Assembly (NCBI GenBank): GCA_028534125.1
Contig: CM052817.1
Span: 30,630,001 to 30,694,000 of the forward strand
Reading direction: 5' to 3'
DNA: 64,000 nucleotides
Source: Lama glama
Lineage: Eukaryota
The position numbers and the translations under genes are program-made. Below, in pieces: positions 1 through 14,657 of the stretch. The stretch's first letter is position 1, and the number at the start of each line of letters is the position of its first letter. The notes under the pieces were generated by a model, which did not search any database, had not been told where the DNA came from, and saw nothing but the letters and a program-made list of their open reading frames with translations.

Positions 1-841
1 CCAAATAAAAACAAATAGGAGCAGAATTTTTCAAAACAAATCAATGGAATCAAAAGATTCTCAGCAATTAAAGCATGTTATATCCATCTTGATACCTCAA
101 TCTTCTACATTTGTTAGATAAATATATTATCATACATGTTAATCATTCAAGAATAATTACTATAATTTAATAAAACTGCCAGCACCAGGTAATTACAGTT
201 GTACTTCGTTTTAAATCAACTAGCAAAATTAGTTAATGCGTAACAATTATCATTGCACAATTAATCATAAAATTGTAGGCATCTCTTTAAGACAAAGTAA
301 AACATGTAAAACAGAAATTTGATGTCCACAGAATTTATTAAAATTAGCGTAGGGTCAAGGAAAAAAGTAAAGTTGTTTCTTTGACGTGTAAACTAAAAAT
401 ATTTACTATCAGAGAGCACAGCTGAATGGATAAATTAATCCTGACCAGTGCTTGATCTTCTAAGCTCTTTAAGTGTGAGTCAGAGGGAAGTGGGGGAAGG
501 GTAGTGAGGAATTGGACCAATATATAATACTAAATGCAATTATGACTACAATATAGTTTCATACCAAAACTAATTACACTCTCTAATTTTCTCCTCCTCA
601 AAAATCTTCTAAGGGAAAAAATACTACATACAATATTGTGCTATGGGGACTCATAATAAAGTTCTTTTCTTTGCTGAGAATAACTCCAAACCAAAAGATA
701 CTCAGATGTTAGAGCTGCAATGCAAATTCAGTGTCTTACTTCTTATAAACTTTTTAGGCTGTTCTTTGACTTCCTAGCTCTGTGTGATCAACTGCAAAAT
801 TATTAATTGCCCTCTCTTCTGCATATTTTCTTCAAACCTCA

Positions 842-1054
<213 letters not shown>

Positions 1055-1077
1055 TTAAATTTTCAGTGAGATAATGC

Positions 1078-1081
<4 letters not shown>

Positions 1082-1118
<37 letters not shown>
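1082..1118. repeat. (CA)n microsatellite in GABRA4 intron 2
   Basis: Uninterrupted AC run. Confidence 0.95.
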
Positions 1119-1120
<2 letters not shown>

Positions 1121-2252
1121 TGTAGACAAAAGAACAATAAAACTGGAAAGCAATGTTTACTTACAGGCAAAAAGAAACCCCAGTTACTTACCAGGAACCT
1201 TGTTCCTTCAAAGATACATCACCCCCAGGCACTGTGACAACAGCCAGTGAGGGAACAAAAGCTTTTAGCCTTTGTGATTTTTTTATAGTCCATCATCTGA
1301 TTGACCTTTAGTAAAGAAGTGAGCTGTTAAAAAGAGGGAATTTAACCACAAGAGTGAGGAGGAGAAAAACTGTAACGGCCGTGAGGAACGCATCTTTGGT
1401 GAGTCCAGGATACTGGCAACCAACTAATACACAAAAATGAGTCATGTCACCTTTAACAACAGGCAGACCATCCACTGATAATTAGCATCAAAGACAAGCT
1501 CTCCTAAAAGTCAGACTTATTTACACTCTGCTCCTTGCTGTGTGATCTGGGGCAAGTTACTTAACTTCTCAATAGTAACAAGCACACGGATCAGGCAAGA
1601 CTGTGGAAAGCGATCAAGTGAAATTGCTCACGTGAGACCCCAAGCACAGTTACTCTCTCATGGAAGGACTTAGCAAGTATTAGTTTCTCTTCACTTCCAA
1701 TAATGACCACTACTGAGAGTCTTTCCTCGTCTAAATAAGACTGGTTCTGGAAAAAGTACATGTGTGTGTTTGGCAGAAAAGAAATATGGCAGCATCATGG
1801 CAATGGGGCTGGCACAGATTTTAGACAAAGGAAAATTACTACAACCTGGGTTAAGCATGATGCTAAAAATCAGGGATTCTGAAGTTCAAATTTGGCTCCA
1901 ACACTTTCTAATCGTATGATTTTCGTTAAGTCACATATCATCAGAGGTAAAGGTTTTAATGAGCATTAACTGAAATGATACATGTAAATCACTTGTCCCA
2001 GTCTCCAGAACATCACGTGCTCAATAATGATAGTAATAATTATTATACATAGTATTGATTTTATCACTAATAAAAACTAAAATTTGTTGCACTCTTAAAC
2101 GTCATTTCTTAACTAATGGTTTATAACACTGTTTGGCCAGGGGCTACATATTCCATCCTGGAAAGAATAACATCTGCTATCAAGATGGACTATTTCCCTT
2201 GGATACTAGCTGGGCAATTGGATTTATGCCAAAAAACAAAACAAAACAAAAC

Positions 2253-2376
2253 AACCCACGAAAAGCAGTTGGAATAGTTTAATGCCCTAGGTCTAAAGTT
2301 ATCCTCGTAACACTAAAGTTATCCTCAAAAAACTCACAAAAAGCAGTTGGAATAGTTTAATGCCCTGGGTCTAAAG
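2253..2376 (+). repeat. Nested short direct duplication (46-bp pair enclosing a 14-bp pair)
   Basis: 2253-2298 and 2331-2376 differ at 3 positions; CTAAAGTTATCCTC occurs at 2293-2306 and 2313-2326. Confidence 0.9.
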
Positions 2377-2954
2377 AATGAGAATATTTCTCTCTACATA
2401 CAGTGAAGATCAAGACACAGAAGTAAAAATAGTTTGAGGAAGAATGAGAAAATTCCTTTTTGAGTAAGTATCCCAAGAAAAATGTGTCCTTTGGAAGCAC
2501 AGTGAGAAAAAAAGTATAGATCAGGCTGATCTGCCATGAGTTTTCACTTTTTAAAAAATAATACCTTTGGAATACAGAGAGAAAATGTGAAAAGTTAGTA
2601 GAATTTTTATTTGAATGAGAAATTGGAAACAACAGCAACAACAAACATATGGTAGTAATAAGCTTACATTCCAAGTGTTCCAGGAATAGACAGGTAACCC
2701 AGGAAGCAAGCAAGGTGTGTTGAACCTTAGAATATAGAGATTTCATTCAAGAAGTTTCAAAAGTAGGAGAAATCACTCTCCTAATTTCTTAAGGACAACT
2801 GCCAACGTGTTCAAAAACAAAAAACAAACCACTATTTCAGGGCAAATCAGGGCAAGGAGAAATACTCAGAATAATTAAGGTTGAGTAAGTCCTGACAAAA
2901 AGACTGTTTGATAAGATTCTTGAGAAATCAAGTTACTTTGAAGATTAATACAGG

Positions 2955-3100
2955 ATACTGGTTCTCAAACTTTAACTGTATCAGAATCCCCCAGACTGTT
3001 AAAGCACAGTTTGATGGACCCCACCCCAGACTTTCTGATTCAGCAGCTCTAAGGTAAGGCCTGACAATTTTCATTGTTAACAACTTCCTAGATGATGCTC
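2955..3100. mobile_element. MER5A-like hAT-Charlie DNA transposon remnant
   Basis: GGTTCTCAAACTTT...TCAGAATC...TTCTGATTCAG...TAACAA..TTCC.AGATGATGCT resembles the MER5A consensus (from recall). Confidence 0.7.
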
Positions 3101-3494
3101 TATTTCACAGAAGGTGTTTGTTTTCTAGAACAATATTTATCAAACTGTATCCTGTAAAATATTAATACCATAGGTGTTCTATGGAAGCAGGGGAAGTATA
3201 GGAGAGGACGGAATTAGGCCAATCATATTTTTCCTTATAAATGTATTTTAAGGTGTGTGGGTGTATGCTAATTCTTATGGTTATAATGATTCCATGATAA
3301 TGATAGATATTTTCAAATTCTTATATAACATACTACTCTTTCAATGATTCTTGAAAAACGCTTTATGTTCAGAAATTACAACCTCAGTTTTTGTTTGTGA
3401 CATTATTCAATATTTGCTTTATATGATCATAAACATCTCTGAGATTGAATGAGATCCTAAAAACATAAAATTGGTAGAGAAATTTCATTTGGAC

Positions 3495-4645
3495 ATCGGT
3501 TCGGTCACTATGTATTGAGTGACCACCTGCTGTAGGCCAGGTTCCATGCTAGGACCTGGGGTGACAGTGGAAGCATGACTCATAAGTTCCCTGCCTCAGG
3601 GAGTTACTGTGTGACTGCGGGAGTCAAAGTATAAATAATAAAGAAATAAATGAAATGGAAGAATACTGTCATTCACAAGAGAAACAAAACAGGCTGTTAA
3701 GAGAGGGAGAGACTGGGAAAGCCACTGCAGATTTTTTTAGCCACTCTTCAAAGGGGTGACTTTTAAACTGAGACCTAGAAGATGATCATGACATTGGAAG
3801 AGTGGAGAGAGCTGCATTTCAGGTGCAGAGAACTTCAAGGGGAAAAGCTCGGACAGAGCACCTACTTCTCTGCCCATATTCTGAAAGCCGTATCCTTTAC
3901 GCAACATATATATAGTATGTTATGATGACAGTTTAGGCTTGTAGAAATCCCAGTGAAAGAAGTTGCTACGGGCTGAATTCTGTTCCTCCTAAACTCATAT
4001 GTTGAACATATGAGCACCTAGTACCACAGAATGTGATCCTATTTTGAGATAGGGTCTTTACAAGGAGAATAAATTTAAACTGAAGTGGGTCCTAATCTGA
4101 CTGGTGTCCTTATAAGAAGAGGAGATTAGGACACTGAATCACAGAGAAGGGAAAAACATGGGAAGACACAGAGAGCTCGCCATCTAGGAGCCAAGGAGAG
4201 CGCGCATAGAAGAAACCAATTCTGCTGACACCTTGATCTTGGACTTCAAGCCTCAAAAATTGGGAAAAAAATAAATGTGCTGCTATTTAAGCCACTCAGT
4301 CCGTGGAAAATGTATACAGAGGTTGATATCTCTCCTGCGTTCTTTTCCCAAGTTTTCTCCTTCTGATATGCAGTCCAGCTCTGCCTCTGCTTATAGGCTG
4401 TGACAAGAAGTTTGGATCGTATCCCTTAATCAGTGGGAGACCACTGAGGGCTGGATGTAAGGAAAATATCTGATCTGAATTATATTTTTTTGCAAAGCCA
4501 CTCTGGCAGTTTTAGGGACAGCAAATTAGAGAGAAACAAGGGTAGGAGAAGGGCTCCTCTCAAAGGCTGCCGTCCTAGCCCCGTCAGGAGATGACGGTGT
4601 CCTGGACTAGGGGCGTGGCAGTGGGACGGCGAGTGGACAGATCCA
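3495..4645 (-). mobile_element. L2 LINE 3' fragment, interrupted by an MLT1 LTR
   Basis: Reverse-complement L2 3'-end motifs (TATTGAG..ACC..CTGT.GCCAGG..CTAGG) followed by a purine-rich L2 body. Boundaries approximate. Confidence 0.6.
3963..4310 (+). mobile_element. MLT1 (ERVL-MaLR) solo LTR
   Basis: TGCTACGGGCTGAATT...TCATATGTTGAA...GACTGGTGTCCTTATAAGAAGAGGAGATTAGGACAC...CTGCTGACACCTTGATCTTGGACTTC...AATAAA matches MLT1A/B-type LTRs. Confidence 0.8.
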
Positions 4646-6309
4646 GGGGCGCGTATGCGTGCAAGTGCTCACACAAAGAACAACAAGCAGAGATCCTGTT
4701 ACTATTTACTTAAGGCCTTCCATGTGCCAAGCAGGTTCCTAGGTTCTTCCCATATGCTATTTCATTCAGTCCTCACAGCACCCTCCAGGGGTGACACTAT
4801 CATGAGAAGTTTATGGATCTGGAAACTGAGCTCACACAGGTTACATATCATATTCCAGAGCCAGAATTATAACCCCTTGTATCGAGCTCCGAAGTGTGTT
4901 CTAGATTTACTACACTGTTTCATTAAACAATAAATCAACAATTAATTACTTATATATAATTTTACACATTTACATACCTACAATTCCTGTTTCGTTTCAC
5001 AAGTAGTTTCTGAGCTACGTTCCTGCTTTTCCATTCCATTCCATAGGCCTTTGCTCTTTTTCCTATTATTGCAAGCTTGAGTCCATCTTTGTCTCCTTAA
5101 CGGCAAAGACAAAATCTTAACCCTCTTGAAAGTCCCAAACTAATACAGTGCCTTACACATTCTAGGTGGTAAATAAGTATGCGTAGGATTGCCTTTCTAA
5201 TATCATTTTGGTAGTCATTTTAAAATCACCCAAATGGAAAAACATCAGTTAAACTACTTTCTGATTAAAGCAGAATCTGTGTTTTATTTGTATTTGTATC
5301 ATCCCCAGAATGAATCTCAGGCCTTAAATGTAATAAATTTCCAATAAATCAGTTTTCGGTAATGATCACTATGCAATTAAAAATAATTCTTAAAGATGCT
5401 TCCTGTAACACTACTGTTTAAGATGTTCAAATCAGCCTTCCTAAGAGCATAATTACGTAGAAGCCAGATAATTTTGAACTTGGAAGGACTTCTCATAATT
5501 TTATATGCATTTGTGTAACACAAAAGGCATCTTTTATTTTAAAATCATCCTTCTTTGGTAGTAGGGAACTAGTTTTTCATCCCCCAAATAGAGTGGACAA
5601 TTCCTAAGGCAAAGTGCTCTTCAACAGTCTTCGAAAAAGCCAAGACCACCAGGATCAAATTCAGAGGAATACTCCTATTGTTATTAATTATCTTATTCAT
5701 ATCTTAATTAATGTTGTTAATTATCTTATTCATTATCTTATTAATGAACCTAACTTGCTTGGAAGGGGGGAAGGCAATTAACAATGTCTCAAATAATTTC
5801 CCACTGTTTATTTTAGCTGTACAAAAATACCACTTTTTAATTTCCTCTCCAATAACAGGGTCCAATCTGATGTCACATTCAGGCGAAAGACATTTAAGCT
5901 GTTGTGCAGATGTTGAAATAAGTCAACCCTTGTTCTCCACACTCCTCCCCAACTATGCACTGGAGGACAGATTTCTAGTTTTTCAGCCACTTAAATCTAT
6001 GTATCTAGCTACATATTACAAAACACTATTAATGTGTCTCCCCAGATCGAGAGACTTAAAGTACTTAAGAAGTACAACAACAATAAGGAATCTTAGTGAA
6101 ATATTTAAAGAAATCTCTAATTTCACTTGTCACTTACAAAATATAGAAACACTAGCCTTCCTGCATATTAAACAAGGAACAGATGTCTACTGATATTGTT
6201 GAGAAAGCAAATAACTATATAGTTTTACTTAGATGACGTTATAGATTAGTGCTTCCTTGATGCTATGATTCTTCCATCAAACCAGCTCTACTTTTTCAAT
6301 AGTAAAACC

Positions 6310-7130
6310 ATCAAAAATAAATAAGAAATCATATATGAGCAAAAGATGAAAATGCAATTCACAGGAGGAAAATTCTTGCAGGCAATAAAGGTTTGAAAAG
6401 ATGTTCAACCACAATAGAAATCAGAAAAATTCAAATCACTTCATATTAAAATGCCATTTCAAGTATCCATGTATATATGTATATGTATGTATATATATAT
6501 ATATATATATACAAATTTCTTTTCTACAGTGTTGAAGGGTTTATGGATCTTGAATCTCATATTCATGTAAATGGGAGTTTGAATTTGTAAAACCACCACA
6601 AAAAACAGTTTGGCATTATCTCATCAAGTTGAACTCCCACTTACACTAAGATCCAGAAAAATCCATTCTTGGATATATATGCAAAAGGAACTCTTGCACA
6701 TTTACAGCAGGAAATTTGGACCAGAATATTCACAGCAACACAATCTTGGAAACAAGCAAAATGCCTACTGCCAACAGAGCAGATGAATCAGCTGGTTCCC
6801 ATGCAATGGGAATATCACACGGCAGTCAAAATGAATGATCTGTAGCAATACACAGTAATAAGAATGAGTCTTAGGCATACACAATTAAGGGGGAAAGGCA
6901 TCAAAAAATTATAAATAGCATGTCCAAAACAATTCAATTTGTAAAATTTCAATTTCTTTATTAAAAATAAAGTTAAGCTAAAGTGATATTCAAATAAATC
7001 TATGCAACAATTTAAAAAGGACACAGAATGGTGGTTTGGATGGGAAAACAGGCAAATAGGATGAGGCAGACCAAGGGCAGAATAAGCCATCAAGGTTTAT
7101 TAATGATTTAAGTGAGTGTTTATCATATTA
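6310..7130 (+). mobile_element. Old L1 (L1M/L1ME-like) ORF2-end/3' UTR fragment with an internal (TA)n at ~6470-6511
   Basis: L1 motifs AAAAGATGTTCAACC, AAAACAGTTTGGCA, GAATATTCACAGCA. Confidence 0.6.
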
Positions 7131-7929
7131 CAATAAATGAAGGAATAGATGAATAGATGTATGGATAAAAGGTTATATGCGGACCAATAATGAGAGTATG
7201 TCATGAACCAAAGACTATTAATCCAGAATCCAGTTCTATGCAGCAGAATCTTTTTTCAAAGAAATACATTAAAAAGGCCTAGACAATAACACAGCTCTTT
7301 GTTTAATGATATATAAATGCAGGTTGATGTATTTGCCATCTAAAAGAAAACTAACATCCCAGTTAAATAGTATTTAAATGTCCACCAAGATATTAACAAC
7401 CCATGTCTAGATTGTATAGTGCTTATTCCAGGAAACAACAAACGCGTTTTGCATATTCTTGCCCCAGAGAATGTGTATGTATGTGTTAGTACCAGGCTAT
7501 CTTTTTTTGTTAAACCAAGAGCATAAGAAAGTAAATTTGTGTTCTGGATTCTACAGTGTCTTGTCTTCTCAAGGGCATATGTCTTTCAGTTATCCCTTCC
7601 CTTCACTCCAATATTAAATTATTCTCTACCAGTCTGTTTCCAGTGGTACACAAACAGGTTATGGTATTTCTAATCCTTACAATAAGACAACCTTCCCTCT
7701 TCCTCTTCTCTTTCATATTTAAACTTCTGGGGGGAGGAAAAAAACCTATGCAGATTGCCTGGAACTCTTCGCTTCTAATTTACTCCATCACCTATTAAAA
7801 TCTAGTTTTCATGCTCAGGATCCACTAAAATTCCTTTAGTCGATACCATCAGTTTTTCCCTACCCACAGCATTGTTCCCAAAAACTTCAAAAAAAAAATT
7901 TCTTTGTCTCATTTTTAAAAAAGCTCTCC

Positions 7930-9335
7930 TGATGCTACTTCTTATTCCACTTAACAGCCCATTTCTCTGCTTCCCTGTACAAATGCCCAGAAACTCTTCC
8001 CGTTCCCTCTGGAACCCACACAGCCAGACTTTCATCTTCATCACACCACCAAAGCTGCTCTTGTCCAAAATCACTGAAGATGGAGATATTGCTAAATCTA
8101 GTGGTCCGTTTTACGTTCTGTTCCTTCTTAATCTGTCAGGAGCATTAGACAGAATTGATCAATCCTGCCTCCACTCTAAAATCCTCTTTTTGATTATTTT
8201 TTACTTAACATCCGTTATGTACACTCTTTTGAAGTCTTCCTCCTACCTCAAAGTCTATTCCTTTTCAGTCTTCCTGGGACAGAGATTCCTCCTCCTTTTT
8301 CCCCACCTCTTAACACTGAGGACTTCGAAATGCAGTATTTCTACCTCTTCTCTATCACCCTTAATTCCTTCGCGATCTCTTTAATCTTATGGCTTTAAAT
8401 ACCATATATATTGACATACCAGGTATCCCTGCATCCCAAGATTATCTTTACTTTATGTCTAGTAAGCATCTCAAATGTAACATATCCACATACAAACTGT
8501 TCATCCACACTGCTAAGCTGCTTCTGCCACAGTCTTGGCAGCTCCATTTTTCTAGATGTTTAAGTCAAAAACGTTGGAGTCAGAACTGACACCTCCCTTT
8601 TTCTCACATCCCATATTCTAGCTGCTACCAGTGCGCTAGAACTTTAATATATAACCATCTCTTACAACTTTACAAACTTCTCTACCACCAGCTTGGTCAA
8701 AATGTCCATCATCTCTTGCTTGGTTTCTCGTAAAACAACTTTCTTCAGTGCCCTTGACCCTGACTCACTGTTGTCAATCTGAAACCAAGGTAAGCCTTTG
8801 CAAATTAGCCAGTTCAGGTCTTGCCCCTACTGGAATCCCTCCAATTACTTCTGATATGGCTCAGAGTGAAAGCAAACTTCTCATCAGCCTGCAAAGCTTT
8901 CCAAGTCATCCACGTATCACACTGTCCCCTTCTTACTCCTCAGCCCTGTTAACTTCACTGCAGTGACATTTCCATGCATGTTTACATGCAGAGCTCCTTC
9001 TAACGAGAAGATCCCACCCAAATCTATCTTATGTTCTTATCTATTCAGGATCATAGTTCAAATATCACTTCATTCAAGTCCCTCCTAACTATTCTAGTTA
9101 AAACTGCAACCTCCTCCCCTGCTTTATACTACCGGATAAGAGTTATCAACATCTGACACACTGTGTATCTTGCTTACTTCTGCTGCTTCTTCTCTGTCTC
9201 TTTCAGTAGAGTATCAACTCAGGAGGGCAGGGAACTGCCTCTCTTTTGTTCACCAGTATATCCCCAGTGCCATCCTAGAACAGTGCCTGGCATATATGGT
9301 ATGATTAATGAATTTTTGATGAAAAGTGAATAAAA
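7930..9335 (+). mobile_element. L2 LINE fragment
   Basis: Pyrimidine-rich L2 body ending CTAGAACAGTGCCTGGCATATA...TGAATAAA. Confidence 0.7.
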
Positions 9336-9469
9336 TGAAGTATCTCCATGTGACCAGTACTTACTTAATATCTTAAAAGAACTTGAGAGGTATTTCATCT
9401 CTCCTTCCTAAAACATTCCAAATCCTTGGCTGCAACCCACACATTCCTAGTGCCTGCCTTTATCACAGT

Positions 9470-10625
9470 CTACTTTTTCTCATTCTCCTTTGACAATTCT
9501 ACATTTTCTGCCCTTACTCAATTGTTAATGTTCCTTGAGGCGTGGTTCTGGGCTCTTTTCTCTGCTTTTTCTAGACTCTTCTCTAGACATGTACTCTCAC
9601 AGCCTTATATACGGCAAACTCCAGACGAAACTCTCTCTGATATTCTCAGCCAAGTACAATCACTAGGATGCCACATATGTGTCCTAAGTTTAATATACCT
9701 GCACATAATCTCTTGATTTCAACCCCACCTTCTGTACTGTTCCTCCTCCAGTCTTCTCCACTTTAAATAACACTATCCTCTGTCCATTACCTCAAAATAA
9801 AGAATCCAGGAGTCATTTTTTATTTCTCTTGTTCCTTTACCACTATATGGAATCTATCACCAATTCTTTGTTGAATTATACCTCCAAAATGTATCTGACT
9901 TTCATCCGCTTATATTCATCTTTGCCACATCTACCATCTTAATCCAAGCCACCATTAACTTAATGGAGAGAACCAAGGAACTAAAAGCTTCTTCATTGGT
10001 CTTTTTGCTTCCAGTGTTGTCCCACATCCATATCTAAGCCTTTCTTTTCATCGTGCAGCAGCCAGAGGGATCATGTTATAATCTAAGTCATTCCACGTCA
10101 TTCCCGCCACCTAAAAACTCCAATGCCATCCAGGTTCACCAAAAGAAAACTCCTCTACAAAAGGCCTTGCACGATCTGGCTTCTGCTAACAACTCCAAGG
10201 TAGTCCTGTGAGATTCTTCCTCTTGCTTTCTGGACCTCCAGGTTCACTGGACCCCCTTCATTGTCTAAATCTCAGCAATTTAGTATCTTAGGGTCTTTAC
10301 ACTTGCTTTTTTTTCTACCTGAGAACAATGTTTGCTTATTCTTTCCATGTCTGTCACCATTAGGTCTCAGCTTAAAACACTTCCTCTACCACTGTATCTG
10401 AAAAAGATCCCTCACCCAGTTTTAATTCTTTATCTTAGTGTGCTATTGGATTGTTTCACAGCATTATCTTTAATTATTTTGTTATTTGTTTCTGTTATTT
10501 TTATCTCTCTATACTGTTTAGCTTGTGTTTGATTTAGAATTACATCTTTACACCTTAACATTGTTCTTGGCACACAGCAGTCTCTTACGATCTATACATC
10601 CAACAAACGAATGAACAAAAATGAA
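9470..10625 (+). mobile_element. L2 LINE fragment
   Basis: L2 motifs (ATCCAAGCCACCAT, GCAGCCAGAGGGATC, TGGCACACAG...GAATGAA tail). Confidence 0.65.
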
Positions 10626-13619
10626 TGTGACAAATCACAAGAGAATGAAGCTTTGTCTTTCTGTCGCCCTGTGGATTTAAAGTGCTTTTTTCACCTAAAT
10701 ATTTTAAAAAATATATTTTCTGTCAACATACAATTAATAAAGCTCTGCCCATGACATATCAATTTAATTTTTAGGTTAAGCTGTAGGTCAACTGAAAACA
10801 TTGCAAAGATATTTTCATTTCTATGGGAAAATTATTCCAAATTTACCTAAGTGTATACATTCCCCCAATGTTTGCTTTTCCATTTTAAAATGTTATTAAA
10901 GCTTTAGAATACAAGTGCTCATTTTACTCCTTTGGGGGAAATGTAGTTTTGCTTATTTTAATGACCTACTTAGTAACAAGAAGGTATGTTAATGAAAATT
11001 TGACTCTTGGTAAACAGAAGCATGCAAAAACATCTTAGAAGTGGTTGTAGCAATAAACCAACTGGCTGACTAGAGGTTGAAAGAGTGAGGTGTGAGTTCT
11101 GGCCTTGTCAATTAGTAGCTGCAGGGTTCTTGGGTAATTTAAATGCGTGGCAACTTCTCTCAGCTTCTTCTCCAACAGAGGGATGATGCCCGCCCTGCTT
11201 ATCTTTTTGGGTTGTTGTGATAATCTTATTAGACACTGTATGTGAAAACGTTTTCAAAACTGTAGATGACCTTATTAATGTGAAGTCCTACTGTGTTGGC
11301 AAACAACCTTGCAAAACTGACCCTAGTGCTCCACTCCCATTTCAGAGAGCTTGTGGAAGACAATCTAAGGCAATCATCTAAGTTTATATTGATCTGGAAG
11401 CATTTATTATTCCAGATCATGTGCCTTAAAAGATTAAGATGCACAAAAGGTCATGTGATCCTTCAATAAATGGAAGTGGGTAGGACTGGATACCTAAACT
11501 GTCTCCTGGTGGTTAGTACAACTTCACCTATGCATCTTTAAGAAGGTGTGTAACCCAACCGTGTCGAAAGTGGATACAAGCCCAGGGGACGATTTTCTAG
11601 CTCCTCTGTGGAAGGGTACACTTGTGTGCTGCTTCTAAGGAGGTGCAAGCTACTTCCGGATGATAGCTGACCAATTTGTCAGAAGCTGTAAGAAGCTACC
11701 CCTTCAGATGTCCCAGTGTAGCTTCCCTCACTCTGTCTCCTTCCTTCCCTTCTCACCTTTCCCTCTTTCCTTCTCCAATGGGAGAATGTGGGAGACAAGG
11801 AAGAAGATATCCCGGAGGAATGAAAAGAAAAAACCGTTTCAGTTTCTTTTACTTCCTCATTGCAAGCTGTGCTGCTGAGTTAAAAATATGTAATTTCATT
11901 TCCAAATCTATTTCAACCCCTGTCTGGCCTACTGAGCAATCACACACCATCCAGTTTCAATTCCAATCTTTGCTTTTAGCTTTATTTTAAATGGAACACA
12001 GCTAAGTTGTATAAACAGATAGAAAGTAAACGCTCCACAAAGAGCAGAAGTAGGATTAAAGGAACCAGGAAGTCAATCTGTTATTTATAGCATACCGGTC
12101 AAAATCAGAATTGTTTTCATTTCATTTCTAAAATGCCAAACTTTCCACAAAGTATAAAATGTCAAAGAAGGGATCAAACTCGTGGCATACAGGAATCTGT
12201 GCTCACAATGAGTTTCTTTTTATTTTCAGTGGTGTTCATTTACACCATCTTGTAAACAGATTACACACTTTCCGCAGGTGAGAATGACTATTTCTCTGTC
12301 ACATTTGGAATACTACATAGTTACAGAGAATGACCCACTTCTAAAAAAATGAATCACATTTACCACAAATATTTATGAGCAACAGCCCCAAAATAGTGCT
12401 ATATAGTAAATTATTAATAGCTAATCCACTGCTAACCCTTGAAGTAACGTGAATTCAACCCCTTCCCATAAAGTGATAAAAGCATCTCCACGTGGGTAAT
12501 GAAGATCAACTGGCAGAGACAAGGAAGATGACTAATAATGCCCTTGAAACATTTCAGCAGTACCGCAGCCACCCAAAAGCCAGTCATGGCTTATACAGGT
12601 TGATTTCATTCACTTTATTGTCTATATACTATCACGGGAGAGGGTAGTTGGTAAAGAGGATGTACCTACAATGGACCTCTTCTTCCTTTTGAATTATAAC
12701 TTGCGTTATAACCAACTGGGCAGATATTATTTTAATTTTCAACACTTAATAATAAAACTATATAGTTTCAATAACTTTCCACTTTAATTTACATTCTGGG
12801 ACATCCATTCACTAATGAATATTTAAATTGTGTGTGATTTGATTCTTTTTTTTTTTTCTTTACTTGAAATGTCAAGCTTAAAACCTTTATGGGCAGATAA
12901 ATCCTCTTTTATTGATATAATATAGTCTTAAACGGCATCACATCAACTGAAACCTTCTCCACAAAATTATTTCTGGTCTTAAGTGATACTTTTCCAGTCA
13001 CTTAGGAAAGATCATGCATTGACAAGTGATTCACTTCTGTAAGGAAGGCTTTTTTCAGAGTTGCATGAGGCAGATGCAGTGCTGAGCATCCTACCCATGG
13101 AGAGGCAACGTGAAAAGAATCAGGAGAATCTTTCGTCCTTCTCATCTGTCTTTGTCACTGTCAACATGCAAAAACTGAATTAATATCCTCAATGGCTCCT
13201 CCTAACCTTCGCAAGAAGATCCAGGGGAAAAAAAGGGCTCCTGATTCCAGAAGACCTGATTCCAGCCCATCATTAGTATGATGTTCCCCTGTATATATCA
13301 ACTTCTCTTCCTAGTCTTTGGTGTTCCCGTTTGTCAAATGAGAAGAGCAAGACTAGACAGACTCCAAAGACTCATCCAGCTCTAACCTATTTAATCTCTT
13401 TTATTTCCAACAATTCTTTCTAACCCGGGGCCGGACATCTTCGAAAAAATGTCTAATTCTGTCCTCTTTCCCTGGAGCATCCTGTTCCCTTTTACTTTCT
13501 ACACTCCTCATTTTCTTAGCTCCTAATCACCCTCAATAAGAAGCTTAAATGCCTCTGTGCTTCTAATATTATGATACTCATCACAGAGTATCTGCTATCA
13601 GCCCAGCCTTCATGGGTTT

Positions 13620-13840
13620 GTCTTTAAAATCCACAACCTGACCTGGGTTCATATTCTGCCCATGCCACTTAATGTGTGAACTTGGACCGGTTGCTTAACT
13701 TCCCAAGCCTCAATTTCTTCATCTGTAAAAGAAGAATAGTCCTAGCCTTCCCTCCAGGTTGCTGTGAGGATTAAACAGTAATGCCTACAAAATGTCTGTA
13801 AGTGAATGTCAGTAAAGAAATATGATATTAGTTTTTATTA
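13620..13840 (+). mobile_element. MIR SINE
   Basis: Core GACCTGGGTTCA...CTGCC...TTAACTTC..AAGCCTCAATTTCTTCATCTGTAAAA...GTGAGGATTAAA. Confidence 0.75.
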
Positions 13841-14657
13841 CTACTACTTCTAGAATATAAGCTCCTTTAAGATGGAGCCTATGTCTTGTTCAACTCATTT
13901 CCCAAGAGGCACCTAGCTCAGAGGAGTGGAAAGAACAGGGACTTGGTGAGCAGAAGACACGGGCCCACACTTTGGGTAAAGACATGGGTTCTCTCTGAAT
14001 TGGACTGAAAGGGTATTTGAGGTTGAGAAAGATATCTTGAGACTTCTGTGGACTTGGAGCCTCGCGCAAGGCTTGCCACACAGACTCTCATTACATAAGC
14101 AAAGGGACTATGAATATGAAAAAGAGCAACAGTACTGTTAGTGGATGTGCCTTTTAAAGATCCTTTATAGGTATTTACTGAAGGAAGAAATAAAGCTGAA
14201 ATACCTCGGACTTCAAAGTCTTAGGAGGGAAGTAAATGCCACCTCTCCACATGAAGTAAAATTTCATCCCACTGTGGAAGAGAATAGGGGAGGACTGAGT
14301 TCTCCAGCAGAGCAGGCAGCTTCGTGCCCCAGATTCATGTCCTAGGTAGAACACGGTGGAGGTTTTGGCAGAGGGACTGACACCACATGGGAGGACAAGG
14401 GACCTCAGATCAGCTGTCTCAATTGCAACCTGCTCTGAGCAAAGTGGCCAGGTTCCTGGGAAGTCCATTCTCAGGGCGCAGCTTTGCAGCGGGGCAGCTG
14501 AGCCCCGAGTTCCCATTTTTGACTCTACCCCTCCAGCCTCCCCCGCCCAGCAGTCAGGTCCCAGGAGGTAATTAGTGTGGGGGAGAGGCGAAGCTTCTGA
14601 GGGGGCAGGGAGATGGGAAAAGACGGGTGGAGGCGTCTTCTTGTCAGAGGTCTCATC

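Noticed and set aside
5711..8384. 160-aa (5711-6193) and 170-aa (7872-8384) ORFs
   Set aside because: They lie in AT-rich or L2-derived intron sequence antisense to GABRA4, with no splice or domain support.
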